A stretch of DNA of 32,000 bases from an uncultured Clostridia bacterium (GTDB lineage Bacteria > Bacillota > Clostridia > TANB77 > CAG-508): assembly GCA_928721915.1 (NCBI GenBank), contig CAKMVZ010000007.1, positions 3,211 through 35,210 of the forward strand, in the 5' to 3' direction. The translations under genes were made by a program, and so were the position numbers. The stretch's first letter is position 1. Each line of letters begins with the position of its first letter. Positions 1-10,560 of this stretch are shown in pieces. The notes under the pieces were generated by a model. The model saw only the letters and a list, made by a program, of their open reading frames with translations, did not search any database and had not been told where the DNA came from.

Positions 1-754
1 TCACAAAATAAAGAATATGAAGATATTATATCAGGAAGAAATGCAGTACTAGAACTTTTAAAATCTGATAAAGATATTAATAAAATTTTTATAGAACAAG
101 GAGAAAAACATGGTTCTATTTTAGAAATTATTGCAAAAGCAAAAGAAAAGAAAATTATTTTAGTAGAAGTTCCAAAATCAAAATTAGATTTTATGGCAGA
201 AAATCATCAAGGAGTAGTGGCAGTAGTTCCACCATTTAATTATTGTGAAGTAGATGATATATTAAATTATGCAAAACAGAAAAAAGAAGATCCGTTTATT
301 TTAATTTTAGATGGAATAGAAGATGTTCATAATTTAGGCGCAATAATTAGAACAGCTGAGACAGCTGGAGTTCATGGAATAATAATTCCAAAAAGAAGAG
401 CAGCTCAAGTAAATAATACTGTTGTTAAAGTTTCTAGTGGAGCGACATCTTATGTAAAGATTGCAAGGGTAAATAATTTAAATGAAACAATTAAATTCTT
501 AAAAGAACAAGGTTTATGGATAGTTGGAACAGATGGAGAAGCTAAAGAAGAATATTTTAATCAAGATTTAACAGGTTCTATTGCAATAATAATTGGAAGT
601 GAAGGATTTGGAATGAGCGATTTAGTTAAGAAAAATGTAGACTTTTTAGTAAAGATTCCAATGTTCCGGAAAAATTACATCATTAAATGCATCAGTTTCT
701 AGTGGAATTATTATTTATGAAGCAGTTAAGCAAAGATTAAATAAATTAAAATAA
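1..754 (+). CDS. rlmB: 23S rRNA 2'-O-ribose methyltransferase, SpoU/TrmH family (RlmB/YacO-like), 5'-partial; requires a +1 shift at CGG 667-669
   Basis: The frame is open from the window edge (SQNKEYEDIISGRNAVLELL...). SpoU motifs are present (HNLGAIIRTAE, IIIGSEGFGMS). The C-terminal knot motif IPMFGKITSLNASVSSGIIIYEAVKQRL is contiguous only if C667 is skipped (ATG TTC [C]GGA AAA ATT). Stop TAA 752-754. Confidence 0.8.
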
Positions 755-771
755 ACAAAGGAGAAAAATTA

Positions 772-1182
772 ATGGATAATACAAATATGTCTTTAAAAAC
801 AAGATTATCAGAGGTATTAGAAACATTAACTTTAATAATTTTATTATATGCAATATTTTTAGCAATTCTGGGAATAATAATAAAAAATACTGAGCTTATA
901 ATTCAAACTTGTATAATGTTTGTCGTATATGTTATTTTTGAATATTTAAATTATGATACAACAAATATAACAAATAAAGGAATAAAAAGTAAAAAGCTTG
1001 GTTTTCTTGAGTGGAAAGATATTTATAGAGCAGAAAAGAAAAATAATGTTATTTTTATTTATACTAAAGAAAATGAAAAGCCATATAAAATAACAATTAG
1101 TAGATCAGAAGATAAAAAAGAAATATCAAGAATATATAAATACATATTGTCAAAAATAAAAGGGCCAGAAAAAATAAAATAA
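772..1182 (+). CDS. hypothetical small membrane protein (two hydrophobic helices, Lys-rich C-terminal domain)
   Basis: 136-aa ORF with SD GGAGAAAAATTAATG. Hydrophobic stretches LTLIILLYAIFLAILGIII and CIMFVVYVIF. I recognise no family. Confidence 0.5.
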   Translation: MDNTNMSLKTRLSEVLETLTLIILLYAIFLAILGIIIKNTELIIQTCIMFVVYVIFEYLNYDTTNITNKGIKSKKLGFLEWKDIYRAEKKNNVIFIYTKENEKPYKITISRSEDKKEISRIYKYILSKIKGPEKIK

Positions 1183-1226
1183 AATATTAAAATAGCCTAA
1201 AAAACAAAATATTTTGTAAATAAGTA

Positions 1227-1255
1227 TTGAATTAAATTATAATTTTTGATATACT
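1227..1255 (+). promoter_or_regulatory. sigma-A-like promoter upstream of pyk (TTGAAT-17-TATACT)
   Basis: TTGAAT at 1227-1232, 17-nt spacer, TATACT at 1250-1255, about 55 nt upstream of the pyk ATG. Confidence 0.45.
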
Positions 1256-1311
1256 TACTTACGGCTATAAATAATAGATAAAAGCTATGAATATGGAGGG
1301 TAAAAAAGAAT

Positions 1312-2748
1312 ATGAAAACTGATTTAAGAAAAACAAAAATTGTAGGAACAATTGGACCATCTAGTGAAGGAATTTTAAAAGATTTGTTTAATGCAGGATT
1401 AAATGTATGTAGAATTAATTATTCACATGGAAGTTATGATGAACAAGAATGGAAAACAAACGAAATTATTAGATTAAGAGAAGAAATGGATTTACCAATT
1501 CCAATGATTCTTGATATGCAAGGTCCAGAAATCAGAACAGGTATGTTAGTAACTGGAAAAAACGAAAAAATAATGTTAGAAGATGGACAAAAATTTGAAC
1601 TTGTAAATGATGATATAGTTGGTGACAAAGATAGAGTTTCTGTATCATATAAAGAATTATATAAAGACGTTGTTCCAGGAACTAAAATTTTAATTGATGA
1701 CGGAGCAATAGAATTAAGAGTTGATGAAATAGTAGGAAAAGATATTGAATGTACTGTTGTTCATGGTAATCCTTTAGGAAGCAGAAAAACAATGAACTTA
1801 CCTGGAACTATTGTACGTTTACCAGCTTTAAAAGAAAAAGATATTAATGATTTAAAAGCAGCTTGCGAACATGAATATGATTTTGTTGCAATTTCATTTG
1901 CAAGAAATTTAGATGATATAAAACAAGTTAGAAAAGTATTAGATGAAAATGGTGGAAAAGATATAAAAATAATTACAAAAGTTGAAAATGTTGAAGGATT
2001 ATCAAACTTAGATGATATCATTAGTGAAGCAGATGTTCAAATGATAGCTCGTGGTGATATGGCAACTGAAACAGATTTAACTGAACCACCTATTATCCAA
2101 AAGAAAATTATAAAATTATGTAATATTTTAAATAAACCAGCAATTACTGCAACTCAAATGTTAGAGTCAATGACATATAATCCATTACCAACTAGAGCTG
2201 AAGCATCAGATGTTGCAAATGCTATATATGATAGAACAAGCGCTATTATGCTTTCAGGAGAATGCGCAATGGGTAAATATCCATTAGAATGTGTTCAAAC
2301 AATGGATAAAATAGCTAAAAAAGTTGAACCAACAATTAATTATTGGAAGAGATTTGATCAAAATGGAAATATTAAATTAGAAAACTTAGATGATAATATT
2401 GCTTATTCAACAAGTGTAATTGCTAAAAATTTAAAAGCTGATGCAATAGTATGCTATACAAATACTGGTGATACTCCTAGACGTTTAGCTGGTATGGGAG
2501 TTGGATGTCCAATTTTAGCTATAACAGATAATAAAAGAACTTTCCGTCAATTAGCTATTGCTTGGAATGTTCACCCAATATATGTTGAAAAACAAAATAC
2601 TATTGATGAAACAGTTGAAAAAGGAATTGAAAAATTAAAATCAAAAGAAATCCTTGAAAAAGGAGATAAAGTAGTTATAGTTGGTGGACATAACTATCTT
2701 TCAGATGTAACAAGCAGTAAGGTTATTGGTGGATATGTTGAAATTTAA
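1312..2748 (+). CDS. pyk: pyruvate kinase
   Basis: Uninterrupted 478-aa ORF with SD GGAGGG. Shows KTKIVGTIGPSS, LDMQGPEIRTG, MIARGDM and IMLSGECAMGKYP. The only CGG (1701-1703) straddles GAC|GGA and is harmless. Confidence 0.95.
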   Translation: MKTDLRKTKIVGTIGPSSEGILKDLFNAGLNVCRINYSHGSYDEQEWKTNEIIRLREEMDLPIPMILDMQGPEIRTGMLVTGKNEKIMLEDGQKFELVNDDIVGDKDRVSVSYKELYKDVVPGTKILIDDGAIELRVDEIVGKDIECTVVHGNPLGSRKTMNLPGTIVRLPALKEKDINDLKAACEHEYDFVAISFARNLDDIKQVRKVLDENGGKDIKIITKVENVEGLSNLDDIISEADVQMIARGDMATETDLTEPPIIQKKIIKLCNILNKPAITATQMLESMTYNPLPTRAEASDVANAIYDRTSAIMLSGECAMGKYPLECVQTMDKIAKKVEPTINYWKRFDQNGNIKLENLDDNIAYSTSVIAKNLKADAIVCYTNTGDTPRRLAGMGVGCPILAITDNKRTFRQLAIAWNVHPIYVEKQNTIDETVEKGIEKLKSKEILEKGDKVVIVGGHNYLSDVTSSKVIGGYVEI

Positions 2749-2850
2749 GTAAAATATAGACCTTAAAATCAAAATAGATTTTAAGGCCTATAATTATATA
2801 AATAAATTTTAATAATTTATAAATAAAAAATTAAAGGAGGTTTTTAAATT

Positions 2851-3393
2851 ATGAAAGAATTAAAAGGTACAAAAACAGAAGCAAATTTAAGAGAAGCTTT
2901 TGCAGGAGAGTCACAAGCAAGAAATAAATATACATATTTTGCAAGTAAAGCTAGAAAAGATGGATATGAGCAAATTGCTGCAATATTTGAAGAAACTGCT
3001 GCTAATGAAAAAGAGCATGCAAAACTTTGGTTTAAATTATTAGAAGGTGGAGATATAAAATCTACTCCAGAAAATTTAAAAGCAGCAGCAGAAGGTGAAA
3101 ACTTTGAATGGACAGATATGTATGATAGAATGGCAAAAGAAGCTAGAGAAGAAGGCTTTGATAAAATTGCTTATCTTTTCGAATCTGTTGGAAAAATCGA
3201 AAAAGAACATGAAGAAAGATATTTAAAATTATTAGATAATGTAGAAAATGGATTAGTATTTAGCAAAGATGGAGATAAAATTTGGAAATGTAGAAATTGT
3301 GGACATATTGTAGTAGGAAAAGATGCTCCTGAAATTTGCCCAGTATGTAGCCATCCAAAATCTTTCTTTGAAATAAAAGCTGAAAATTATTAA
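2851..3393 (+). CDS. rbr: rubrerythrin
   Basis: 180 aa with SD AAGGAGG. Ferritin-like diiron region ([19 protein letters not shown]) and a C-terminal rubredoxin CxxC...CxxC (CRNCGH...CPVCSHP). Confidence 0.95.
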   Translation: MKELKGTKTEANLREAFAGESQARNKYTYFASKARKDGYEQIAAIFEETAANEKEHAKLWFKLLEGGDIKSTPENLKAAAEGENFEWTDMYDRMAKEAREEGFDKIAYLFESVGKIEKEHEERYLKLLDNVENGLVFSKDGDKIWKCRNCGHIVVGKDAPEICPVCSHPKSFFEIKAENY

Positions 3394-3433
3394 TAATATA
3401 GAAGTTTAACAAAGATTTTTAAAAAATTTATTA

Positions 3434-3458
3434 AAATGCTTGCTTTTCGCAAGCATTT
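3434..3458 (+). terminator. hairpin downstream of rbr
   Basis: AAATGCTTGC-TTTTC-GCAAGCATTT gives a perfect 10-bp stem. The T tail is weak. Confidence 0.5.
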
Positions 3459-3513
3459 GTGTTAAACTATGTATTAGTCAGTTTATTTTTTAAGATATGG
3501 AGGTGCTTTAAAC

Positions 3514-3723
3514 ATGGCAAAATGCGTAGTTTGTGGAAAAGAAACATCTTTTGGAAATCAACTTAGTATTACACGTTCTCATATAAGTAAAAGAACTGTA
3601 AAACCAGTAAAACCAAACTTAAGAACTGTTAAAGCAGAAATTAATGGTGAAGTAAAAAAGGTGTCAGTTTGTGCAAAATGTTTGCGTTCAGGAAAAATCA
3701 AAAGAGCTGGAGCAAATGTATAA
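3514..3723 (+). CDS. rpmB: 50S ribosomal protein L28
   Basis: 69 aa beginning MAKCVVCGKETSFGNQLSITRSHISKRT..., with SD GGAGGTG. Typical L28. Confidence 0.9.
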   Translation: MAKCVVCGKETSFGNQLSITRSHISKRTVKPVKPNLRTVKAEINGEVKKVSVCAKCLRSGKIKRAGANV

Positions 3724-3736
3724 AAATATAAAAAAG

Positions 3737-3768
3737 AAGCCTGCATAAGAAGCAGGTTATTTTTTTTA
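3737..3768 (+). terminator. rho-independent terminator of rpmB
   Basis: Hairpin AAGCCTGC-ATAAGAA-GCAGGTT followed by T8. Confidence 0.75.
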
Positions 3769-3798
3769 TAAATGAAACTCAAATTTTAGAAATTTATA

Positions 3799-3827
3799 TT
3801 GAAATAAAAAAATATTAAGTATATAAT
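3799..3827 (+). promoter_or_regulatory. sigma-A-like promoter (TTGAAA-17-TATAAT) for the pilin-like/Big_2 gene
   Basis: TTGAAA at 3799-3804, 17-nt spacer, TATAAT at 3822-3827. Confidence 0.5.
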
Positions 3828-3861
3828 TATTTTGTAAAAATATTGAAGGGGAATAAGTTAT

Positions 3862-5503
3862 ATGCTAAAGAATAATAAAGGTATATCTCTAGTTACAATG
3901 GTTATGACTGTTTTGATAATGCTTATTTTATTATCAACATTAACATATACAGCATACACTAATTTAAAAATAAGAGGTTTAAATAAATTATATAATGATA
4001 TTAGAACTTTAAATGATGAAGTCGCGACCTATTATTTAGAAAATAATAGTTTACCTGTAGCAGAAGAATATGCTACTATAACTGTTGGAGATGAATTAGA
4101 TGAAACTATAAGTTTTGTAACTAAAGATGGAACATTTCAAAATCAAAATAGTTTAGTAAATCCAAATGATTATGTTATTAATGAATCAGGAAAAGGACAA
4201 GCAACATATTATACTTTAGATTTAGGTTTATTTGATAATATATCTATAGAAAATGATGGACAATACATTATAAATGAGCAAAGTCACATGATATATTATG
4301 TTAATGGAGTTACTATAAATGGTGAAACTTATAATAATTTACCACTTAATTATAAAGATACAGAATATAATATAAAACATCCGGTATCTTCAGTATCAGT
4401 AAAAAATGTGTATTTACCTATTGGTGGTACTTCATTAGATTTAGAGGATTATATGACTTTTAAGGCTTCAGATGGAAATGTTGCAGTTCCAAAAGATATA
4501 ACGTATTCTATTGTAACAGCAGGATATCAAGATTATTTTACTTTAGAAGATGGAATTATAACAAGTAAAACTGGAATAGATGCAACTTTAACATCATATA
4601 AAATAACAGCAACAATTTCTAGTTATGGAGTAACAACTACAAAAACAGCAACTTTAACAGTATATTTAACAGATATAAGGTTATTAGATTCAGATGCAAC
4701 AAATGAAATTACTAATTTAAATATGATAAAAGGTGATTTAAAAAAATTATATGTTAAAAAATATGGAAATGCAGGAACTTTAAGATTAATTGCAAAAGTA
4801 GAAGATGGTAATGGAATAGACGCAAGCGTTTCAAATTCAATTGATTCTTCAGTTAATTGTTATCCAATTGAAGTTAATGCAACAAATACAGGGAAAGTGT
4901 ATTTAACAATTATTGAAAATAATGGTAAAGCGGTAAGAGAATTAGAAATAAATGTATATGATCCAAAACTAAATTTATCTAGTTTGAGTTTTACTTCATT
5001 AAAAGATACTAAGAGTTTAACTCTTACAATCGATGATAGATATGAAGAGGAAAAGGATAGATTTGAGATAAGTTGGAGGTCAGGAGATACAAATATTGTT
5101 AATATAGAAGGTGATGAAAAGAATCCTTTAAAAGCCACAATAAGTCCAGTCGGTTTTGGAAATACAAAAGTTTATTGTGAAATAAAAATAGATGGAAAAA
5201 TTTTAACAACTCTTGAATCTGATGTATCTGTTACAGGTGTTTCTATAGATGATTTGCAAATAACGGCAGGTCAGAATGTTAAACCTAATTATATTATAGC
5301 TGATAGTATTTTAAGTACTTCAATTTCAGATATTACATTTACTTCAAGCAATACAACAGTATTAAATATTGTAGAAAATGAAACAACAAAAGAACCAGAA
5401 TTTGTTCGGATTAAAGGCAGGAACTTCAACTGTAACTATAACGCTTGAGTTAACTGGAGGAATTAAGTATACAGATACTTGTACAGTAACTGTTAGTGAA
5501 TAA
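3862..5503 (+). CDS. prepilin-like N-terminal domain protein with Big_2-type Ig-like repeats; requires a +1 shift at CGG 5407-5409
   Basis: N-terminus is MLKNNKGISLVTMVMTVLIMLILL (pseudopilin-like hydrophobic helix). The C-terminus has repeated Ig-like modules. Skipping C5407 joins ...TTKEPEFV to GLKAGTSTVTITLELTGGIKYTDTCTVTVSE, a canonical Big_2 end. Stop TAA 5501-5503. Confidence 0.75.
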
Positions 5504-5507
5504 AAAA

Positions 5508-5551
5508 TAAAAAGTAGTATTTTTAAAAATTAAAATAAATACTACTTTTTA
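5508..5551. terminator. bidirectional terminator between convergent genes
   Basis: Hairpin AAAAGTAGTATTT...AAATACTACTTTT flanked by an A-run and a T-run. Confidence 0.7.
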
Positions 5552-5553
5552 TT

Positions 5554-6293
5554 TTATCCTAAAACAATGTCTAAAGTCATCATGATTATAAAACCTATAA
5601 TAAAAGCAAAACTTGCAAATTTTGAATTTTCCTTATTTTCATGAGATGTAGGTATAAGTTCACTTATAATTACATAAATCATACTTCCGAGCGGCAAATG
5701 AAAGTAAGATTGGTAAAATAGAGCTTATTATACTACTTATTAAAAGTGTTATAATAGCTGCAATTGGCTCAACTATTCCGAGATAAACTTCCAATTAAAA
5801 AAGATTTTTTTGTAGAGTAAAGTCCTTCAGCTTTAAAAGGAAGGGATATAGCCATTCCTTCTGGTATATTTTGAATTGCAATTCCAATTGAAAGTATCAT
5901 AGAAGAAGCAAATTCCATTTGAAAAGCGCCATTTAATACAGAAGCAAAAGCAATACCAACAGCCATACCTTCTGGAATATTATGCAGAGTTATAGCAAAA
6001 GCCAATTTTTTTGTTATATTTGTAGAATATTTATTTATTTTTTGTGAATAAAAATCTGCAATAGCTAAAAATATAGCTCCAATAAGAATAGATATACTAA
6101 TTGGAAGCCAACCATATTCTTTTGGATACATTTCAGATGCTGGTATTATTAACGACCAAATAGATGCAGCAAACATAATTCCAGAAGCAAAAGATAAGGA
6201 TATAGTTTGCATTTTATTTGTAATATTATTTTTAAATATAAAGATAATAGCAGCACCTAAGGTTGTTCCGAATAAAAGGAATAAGTATTCCAA
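5554..6293 (-). CDS. zupT: ZIP-family (ZupT-like) metal transporter; requires +1 shifts at CGG 5780..5778 and 5689..5687; the start is ambiguous (TTG 6293, or ATG 6315 plus a third CGG shift at 6270..6268)
   Basis: Shows HNIPEGMAVG and QNIPEGMAISLP. Skipping the C at 5780 gives ...IGSLSGIVEPIAAIITLLISS... Skipping the C at 5689 gives ...LLSFAAGSMIYVIISELIPTSHE...FIIMMTLDIVLG. Stop TAA 5556..5554. Confidence 0.8.
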
Positions 6294-6495
6294 TAATACA
6301 TTTTAAAATTTCCATTTTAAATTTTTATGAAATATAGCAAAATATATCATATACTCCTTTCAATTAAGTTTATATATAATTTATGTTAATTAATATATTT
6401 TATGTAATTTATTAATATATGTGTAAAATTAGTATACATTTTTTGTATTTTTTGATATAATAATTAAGTAAAAATTTTTTATTTTTGGAGGAAAT

Positions 6496-9400
6496 ATGTT
6501 AAAAAGTTTAAAAATTTTATTGTTTTTTGTTATTTTTTTAATGTTCTTTTCTGTAGGAAATGTATTTGCAGCTAATGAGTATTACTTTAATTTTGAGGAT
6601 ATCAAATATAATTCTGATATTCAGCAATCTTATTTTCTTAATAATGGAAATAATGTTATAGAAAAAGCAGATGTATATAGTGATATTATTACTATTACTA
6701 GTTTTAATTCATCATATCAAAAAATAGATGAAAAAAATATAGATAAAGAGCTTCCAACTGTAGGAACAGTTTATTCAGGTGAAAACTATAATTTTATAGT
6801 GTTTGGTCATAGTAATAAAGATGAAGATGATAATGCTGAAGTTATAAGAGTAGTAAAATACTCTAAAAATTGGGATAGAATAAGTTCATGTTCTATAAGT
6901 GATATAAATACTGTTGCTCCATTTTATTCTGGAAATTGTAGATTAGAGGAAGTAGATGGAAAACTAATTATTCATACTGCACATGTAATGTATGCACATT
7001 CAGATGGAGTTAATCATCAAGCTAATTTAACAATAGAAATAAATGAATCTAATATGGAACTTCTATATACAAAAGACTTTATAGCAAGTTTTTCAACAGG
7101 GTATGTTAGCCATTCATTTGATCAATACATAAAAGATGATAATGATAATATTTATACATTAGATTTAGGAGATGCTTATCCAAGAGGAGTTGCAATGTGT
7201 AGATATGATGTTTCAAATTTAACTGCTCCAGAGGATAAGGACACAATATATGATATAGTAGGAGAAATAGGAAATAATTTTACAGGAGTATCTATAGGTG
7301 GGTTTGAATTATCAAGTGATAATTGTTTAGTTATTGGAAGTTCAATAAGACAAATTGATAATTTACATTATACTGATAAGCAAAATGTATTTTTAACAGT
7401 TACTCCAAAAAATGATATAAGTAAAGAAGCAACAAAAACAATTTGGCTTACAAATAATGCATATAATGGTGATATAGATATTTTAGATACATATATGGTA
7501 AAAATAGATGATAATAAATTTGCTGTTATGTGGACTTTATCAGGAGATAAAGAATATTGTAAAATTCAAATGTTATTAATTGATGGAGCTGGAAATAGAC
7601 TTACAGATTTAATAACTTTTGGTGGAATGGTTTCATGTGATCCAATACTATATAATAATCATATTATTTGGTATGGAGAAGATTCGAATTTTGAAAATGC
7701 AATATTTTTTGATTTAGATGTATCATCTGCTCAAAAAGCAGAAGAATATGATGGCAAAGGTTTAATAAATTTTGATGACTTTAAAAATTTTGAAGTAACA
7801 CAAACAGCTCATGGTGATTTTGTTATACAAGGATATAAAGACGAATTAGAAACTTTAACATTACCATATATAGATTATCCATGGATAAGATTTATTATTA
7901 GAGCAGGAATTTTTAAAGATTGTACAAATTTAAAAAATGTAATAATTCCTAAAGATTATATAGTAACTACAAATGCTCGGAGTAAATGGATTATTTTTCG
8001 GATGTGAATCTTTAGAGAGTGCAAAATATTTAAGTGGTGTAACTGAGGTAAGAGAAAAAGAATTTTATAATTGTACTAATTTAAAAACTATAGAATTTGC
8101 TGATACTATTCAAAATATTGGAAAATATGCTTTTTATAGTACTGGTATAGAAAATCTAGACTTACCAAATTCATTAGAAAAAATAGAAGATTATGCTTTT
8201 TCAAGTATGGAAAGTTTAAAAACAGTAACTTTTTCAAATAATTTAAAATCAATAGGAAATTTCGCATTTGCTTATGATGATAATTTAAAATCAATAAATT
8301 TACCAGAAAGCCTAGAAACAATTGGAAATAAAGTATTTTATTATGGCGGCTCTTTAGAAGGAATAATAACTATTCCAAATAATGTAAAATCAATGGGCAA
8401 TTCTGTTTTTGAAGGAAATAGAAAAATTGAAAAAATTATATTTGAAAATGATAATACTAATGTTTCTGATAGAATTGTTATAAATGAGTATACAATGTAT
8501 GTTGGAGATACATATAAACCATTAGAAGGGCTTAAACTTTCTAAAATAGATACAACAAACGAATCATGCATCAGTATATCAAGTGATGGAACTATTACAG
8601 CTTTAAAAACTGGAAAAAACATATCAGTTAATTATTATGTTCAAGGACAGGATAATTTTGTTTTATCAACAATAATAACAATAATTCAACCTATAAAATT
8701 AGAAGATATAAATATAGATAAAACAGATTTAGATTTAAAAATTGGAGAAAGTAGGACTTTAACTGTAACATATAATCCTTCAAATACAACAGATGATAAA
8801 ACTTTAACTTTTATTTCTAGTGATAATAGTGTTGCAACAGTCGATGATAATCGGAAATATAAAAGCAGTAGGTTATGGAACTACAACTATTACAATAAAA
8901 TGTGGAGATATTACAAAAAAATGTAATGTAGAGGTAAGAGAGGCACATTTTGTTGATAAATATATTAATGTTGAGATTTTTGATGTAGATATTTTTACAC
9001 CTGGCTTATATGAAGCAGAACTTGATAATGGAGAAACAGCAGAAGTAGCTTTATCTGCAAATAATGATAATGTATCAATTATGGGTAATATAATATCTGG
9101 TAATAAAGCAGGTTTTACAACTATTACAGGATATGATGAAAAATATGGAAATTTAACATATATAGTATTTGTTAATGATTCAATTAATTTAAGTGATGGA
9201 ACATACAAATTTCCTGGAGATTTAAATGGAAATAATGAGTTTGATTTAGATGATGTCACTTTATTAAGTAATATAATAAAAGAGAATAATTTGACTTTAG
9301 ATGAGAAAAAATTGTGTGATATAAATGGTGATGGAAAATATGATGATTCTGATGTAGAATTATTAAAAATAATTGCAAGTGAAAATAAGATTAAAATTAA

Positions 9401-10382
9401 TAGTATACCAATTAAAAATTTAACATTAAGCATGGAAATATCTGAATCAAATGGTAATAAAACATATAGACTTTCTGGTTTAATAGAGCCAATTAATACT
9501 ACTATGGGTAGGAGCTTAAAATATACTTCTAGTGATGAAACAATAGCCAAAATAGATGAAAATGGAAAAATAACAGTTTTAGATGCTGGTATAGTAAAAT
9601 TTACAGTAACAACTGAAAATGGTTTAAGTGCGCAATATAGTTATGTTTTTAATGAAGATGATATAATTGAAGAACCACCTTTAGAAGAACCACCTTTAGA
9701 AGAGCCGGATGATGAACCAGATAAAGATCCAGAAGAAAATCCAGGAGAAAGTCCTGATAAAGATCCGGAAGAAAGTCCTAGCGAAGAACCTGATAAAAAA
9801 CCAGATGAGGATGAAGAAATAAAACTTCCATTTACAGATATTAAGGATAATGTATGGTATACAGATGCATTAGAGTATATGTATTCAAATAGATATATTT
9901 CAGGAACAACAGAAACAACATTTAGTCCAAATATGAATTTATCAAGAGGAATGTTAGTAACAATTCTATGGAATATGGAAGGTAGACCAAATGTAAGTGG
10001 AGCAAATAAATTTTCAGATGTAACAAATGTAAATGCATGGTATTATAAAGCGATAATATGGGCATCACAAAACAGGGTAGTAAATGGATATAAAGATGGA
10101 ACATTTATGCCAAATAAAGATATAACAAGAGAAGAAACAGCAGCAATACTAATGAATTATAGTAAATATAAAGGAAAATATAATACAACAAAATTAGCAG
10201 ATTTAGGAAAATATGGAGATAATAAATTAGTATCACCATGGGCCAAAATAGCAATGCAATGGGCAGTAGGAAATAGAGTAGTAAATGGAATAAATAATGG
10301 AACACTATTAAGCCCAAATACAACAGCAACAAGGGCAGAAGCAATAACAATGATTAAAAACTATGTTGACAGAATAAAGTAA
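6496..10382 (+). CDS. giant cell-surface protein: signal peptide, N-terminal domain, BspA-type leucine-rich repeats, Big_2 domains, dockerin-like Ca-binding pair, Pro/Glu/Asp linker, three SLH domains; requires +1 shifts at CGG 7978-7980 and 8852-8854
   Basis: Signal peptide is MLKSLKILLFFVIFLMFFSVGNVFA. Junction 1 gives TTNA-GVNGLFFGCESLESAKYL (start of the LRR block). Junction 2 gives SVATVDDN-GNIKAVGYGTTTITIKCGD (Big_2). Dockerin-like pair is DLNGNNEFDLDDV and DINGDGKYDDSDV. The C-terminal SLH repeats begin FTDIKDNVWYTDALEYMYSNRYISG. Confidence 0.8.
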
Positions 10383-10390
10383 TTATAAAA

Positions 10391-10424
10391 AATAGTATGC
10401 AATTTTAAGCATGCTATTTTTTAT
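10391..10424 (+). terminator. terminator after the surface protein gene
   Basis: Hairpin TAGTATGC-AATTTTAA-GCATGCTA followed by T6. Confidence 0.6.
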
Positions 10425-10560
10425 TATAATTAAATAAAGTAATATTTTAAAATAAGTCAAATATAATTTTATAAAGTAATTAAAAGCATAAAAAGAAAAT
10501 GCTTTTTAAGTATATGTTTTTATAATTTAAATTTTCTTTTTAGAAAGGATTGAAATCTTT

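Noticed and set aside
6303-6350. 15-codon upstream ORF (MIYFAIFHKNLKWKF) as a leader peptide for the ZIP gene
   Set aside because: The SD-to-ATG spacing is only 3 nt and I can show no conservation. It is kept only as a note inside the ZIP finding.
7999-8001. A second CGG that appears in-frame near the end of ORF 6496..8007 (TTT CGG ATG TGA)
   Set aside because: After the shift at 7978 the reading frame is TTC GGA TGT (FGC), so this CGG straddles two codons and is not a recoding site.
8873-9550. 225-aa minus-strand ORF, and similar antisense ORFs (25733..26425 at 230 aa, 26948..27334, 10105..10350, 12340..12618 and others)
   Set aside because: These are low-complexity Leu/Ile/Phe/His-rich translations lying entirely antisense to strongly supported plus-strand genes. 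They have no SD and no motif. They are shadow ORFs typical of AT-rich DNA.
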